Source of the DNA: an uncultured candidate division Zixibacteria bacterium
GTDB lineage: Bacteria; Zixibacteria; MSB-5A5; GN15; FEB-12
Direction: 5' to 3'
DNA length: 64,000 bases
NCBI GenBank assembly: GCA_963735035.1
Contig: CAVTJJ010000004.1
Coordinates: 864,001 to 928,000 of the forward strand
The notes below the pieces were generated by a model. The model was not told the DNA's origin. It searched no databases and was given only the letters and a program-made list of their open reading frames with translations. A program made the translations under genes and the position numbers. Below are positions 62,885 through 64,000 of the stretch, one piece after another. Every line of letters begins with the position of its first letter. Position 1 is the stretch's first letter.

Positions 62885-64000
62885 ATGCGACGATGGCTAA
62901 CCAACCTGATTGTCACGCTCGCGATTTCAGCAGCGTCTTGCCCAATCGTTCTGGGCGAACAAGCCACCGAATTTGAAATGGAAAATGTCGCCCGCAACTG
63001 GGTGACTGAAATGACCCTCAGGACAAGCAACTGGGCCGGAGAAACAACGCCCGTCTTGGGCGGTGTTCACGAAATCAGTCAGGACGGTACTCTCCTGGCC
63101 CGTTACTACGATGTGTCCCCGCGCGGTTACGTGGTTGTACCGGTTCTGAAAGAAATTAATCCGGTCATGCTCTATTCAGATGAGTCCAATCTCGACGCCT
63201 CGCAGGAAGGCGGCATGCTTCAGCTAATCAGAGACGTGCTGACCGAAAGAATGGAGCTGTTCCGTCAGGCCTTCGGCGATTTGAACGCGGTGCAGCCTGC
63301 TATCGGTGATGTGCCCTTTGATCGCAGCCAGAGGGCCCGCTGGGATCGACTGGCGGTAACGGCCAGGGAATTCCGTCCGGACCAGTCGCAGGCAGTGCTG
63401 GCCGAGGGGGGACCGCTGATTACCTCGAGCTGGCATCAGCGCGCCCCTTACAACAATGACTGCCCAATGGGCGACGGGGCGCGCAGCGTGGTGGGCTGCA
63501 CGGCCACCTCGCTTTCGCAGATACTGGACTTTTGGGAATGGCCTTCGAACGGAATCGGCAGCCACTCGTACGACTGGGGTGGCGACAACTGCAATGGAGG
63601 CTCGGTTCCCGGCCAGACTCTAAGTGCTGATTTCTCGGATAGCTACGATTGGGCCAATATTCCCGACAGTTGCGACGGAACCGTGCCATGTACGGCGGCG
63701 CAGGAAGCTGCCCTGGCGGAACTTTGCCATGAGGCTGGTGTGGCGGTCAACATGAATTACGGGGCCTGTGCGTCGGCCGCCGGTATGGACATGACCGTAT
63801 TCCCGACCTACTTCAAGTACAGCCCTTCAGTTACCAGAGAATTTCGAACCAGCCACACCCAACAGAGCTGGTTCGACATCATCCGGTCGGAAATCGATTC
63901 CGGTCGGGTTATGTGGTACCATATCAACTCCCATGCCATAGTCTGCGACGGTTATCGGGACAATGGCGGACAGCTCGAGTATCATATGAATTACGGCTGG
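62885..64000 (+). CDS. C10-family (streptopain-like) cysteine peptidase with Spi-like prodomain, partial (absent from the ORF track)
   Basis: Manual translation after RBS AGGAG: MRRWLTNLIVTLAISAASCPIVLG...GYVVVP...PVMLYS...PLITSSWHQRAPYNNDCP...VVGCTATSLSQIL...HAIVCDGY...YHMNYGW. Confidence 0.9.
   Translation, partial: MRRWLTNLIVTLAISAASCPIVLGEQATEFEMENVARNWVTEMTLRTSNWAGETTPVLGGVHEISQDGTLLARYYDVSPRGYVVVPVLKEINPVMLYSDESNLDASQEGGMLQLIRDVLTERMELFRQAFGDLNAVQPAIGDVPFDRSQRARWDRLAVTAREFRPDQSQAVLAEGGPLITSSWHQRAPYNNDCPMGDGARSVVGCTATSLSQILDFWEWPSNGIGSHSYDWGGDNCNGGSVPGQTLSADFSDSYDWANIPDSCDGTVPCTAAQEAALAELCHEAGVAVNMNYGACASAAGMDMTVFPTYFKYSPSVTREFRTSHTQQSWFDIIRSEIDSGRVMWYHINSHAIVCDGYRDNGGQLEYHMNYGW

Overview
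GC-rich bacterial chromosomal window. It is probably from an FCB-group lineage such as candidate Zixibacteria, inferred from a dockerin-like C-terminal module and the gene content; this was not verified. Housekeeping genes include partial gyrB, DUF721/DciA, nnr, lon, ychF, nfo, sppA, a TrmH-family methyltransferase, secA, rsgA, a GH57 hydrolase, cobB, pyrK-pyrD-pyrF, tadA, tRNA-Ser(CGA) and a phosphohexomutase. Envelope and accessory genes include a PilV/PilW/PilX-like minor pilin trio, a patatin-POTRA-Omp85 protein, TonB-like proteins, a large secreted dockerin-bearing protein and a partial C10 peptidase. There is one IS30-family element and many intergenic REP-like palindromes from several families. 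Two features stand out. (1) A 1168-aa protein fuses a signal peptide, two intact beta-carbonic anhydrase domains and a complete methyl-accepting chemoreceptor, and lies behind a porin gene (52010-57047); it is a candidate CO2/bicarbonate/pH-sensing module. (2) An unidentified ~410-nt, highly structured non-coding transcription unit has a near-consensus sigma70 promoter and a terminator (4760-5206, minus strand). Five accessory genes carry single-base frameshifts that may be sequencing errors.
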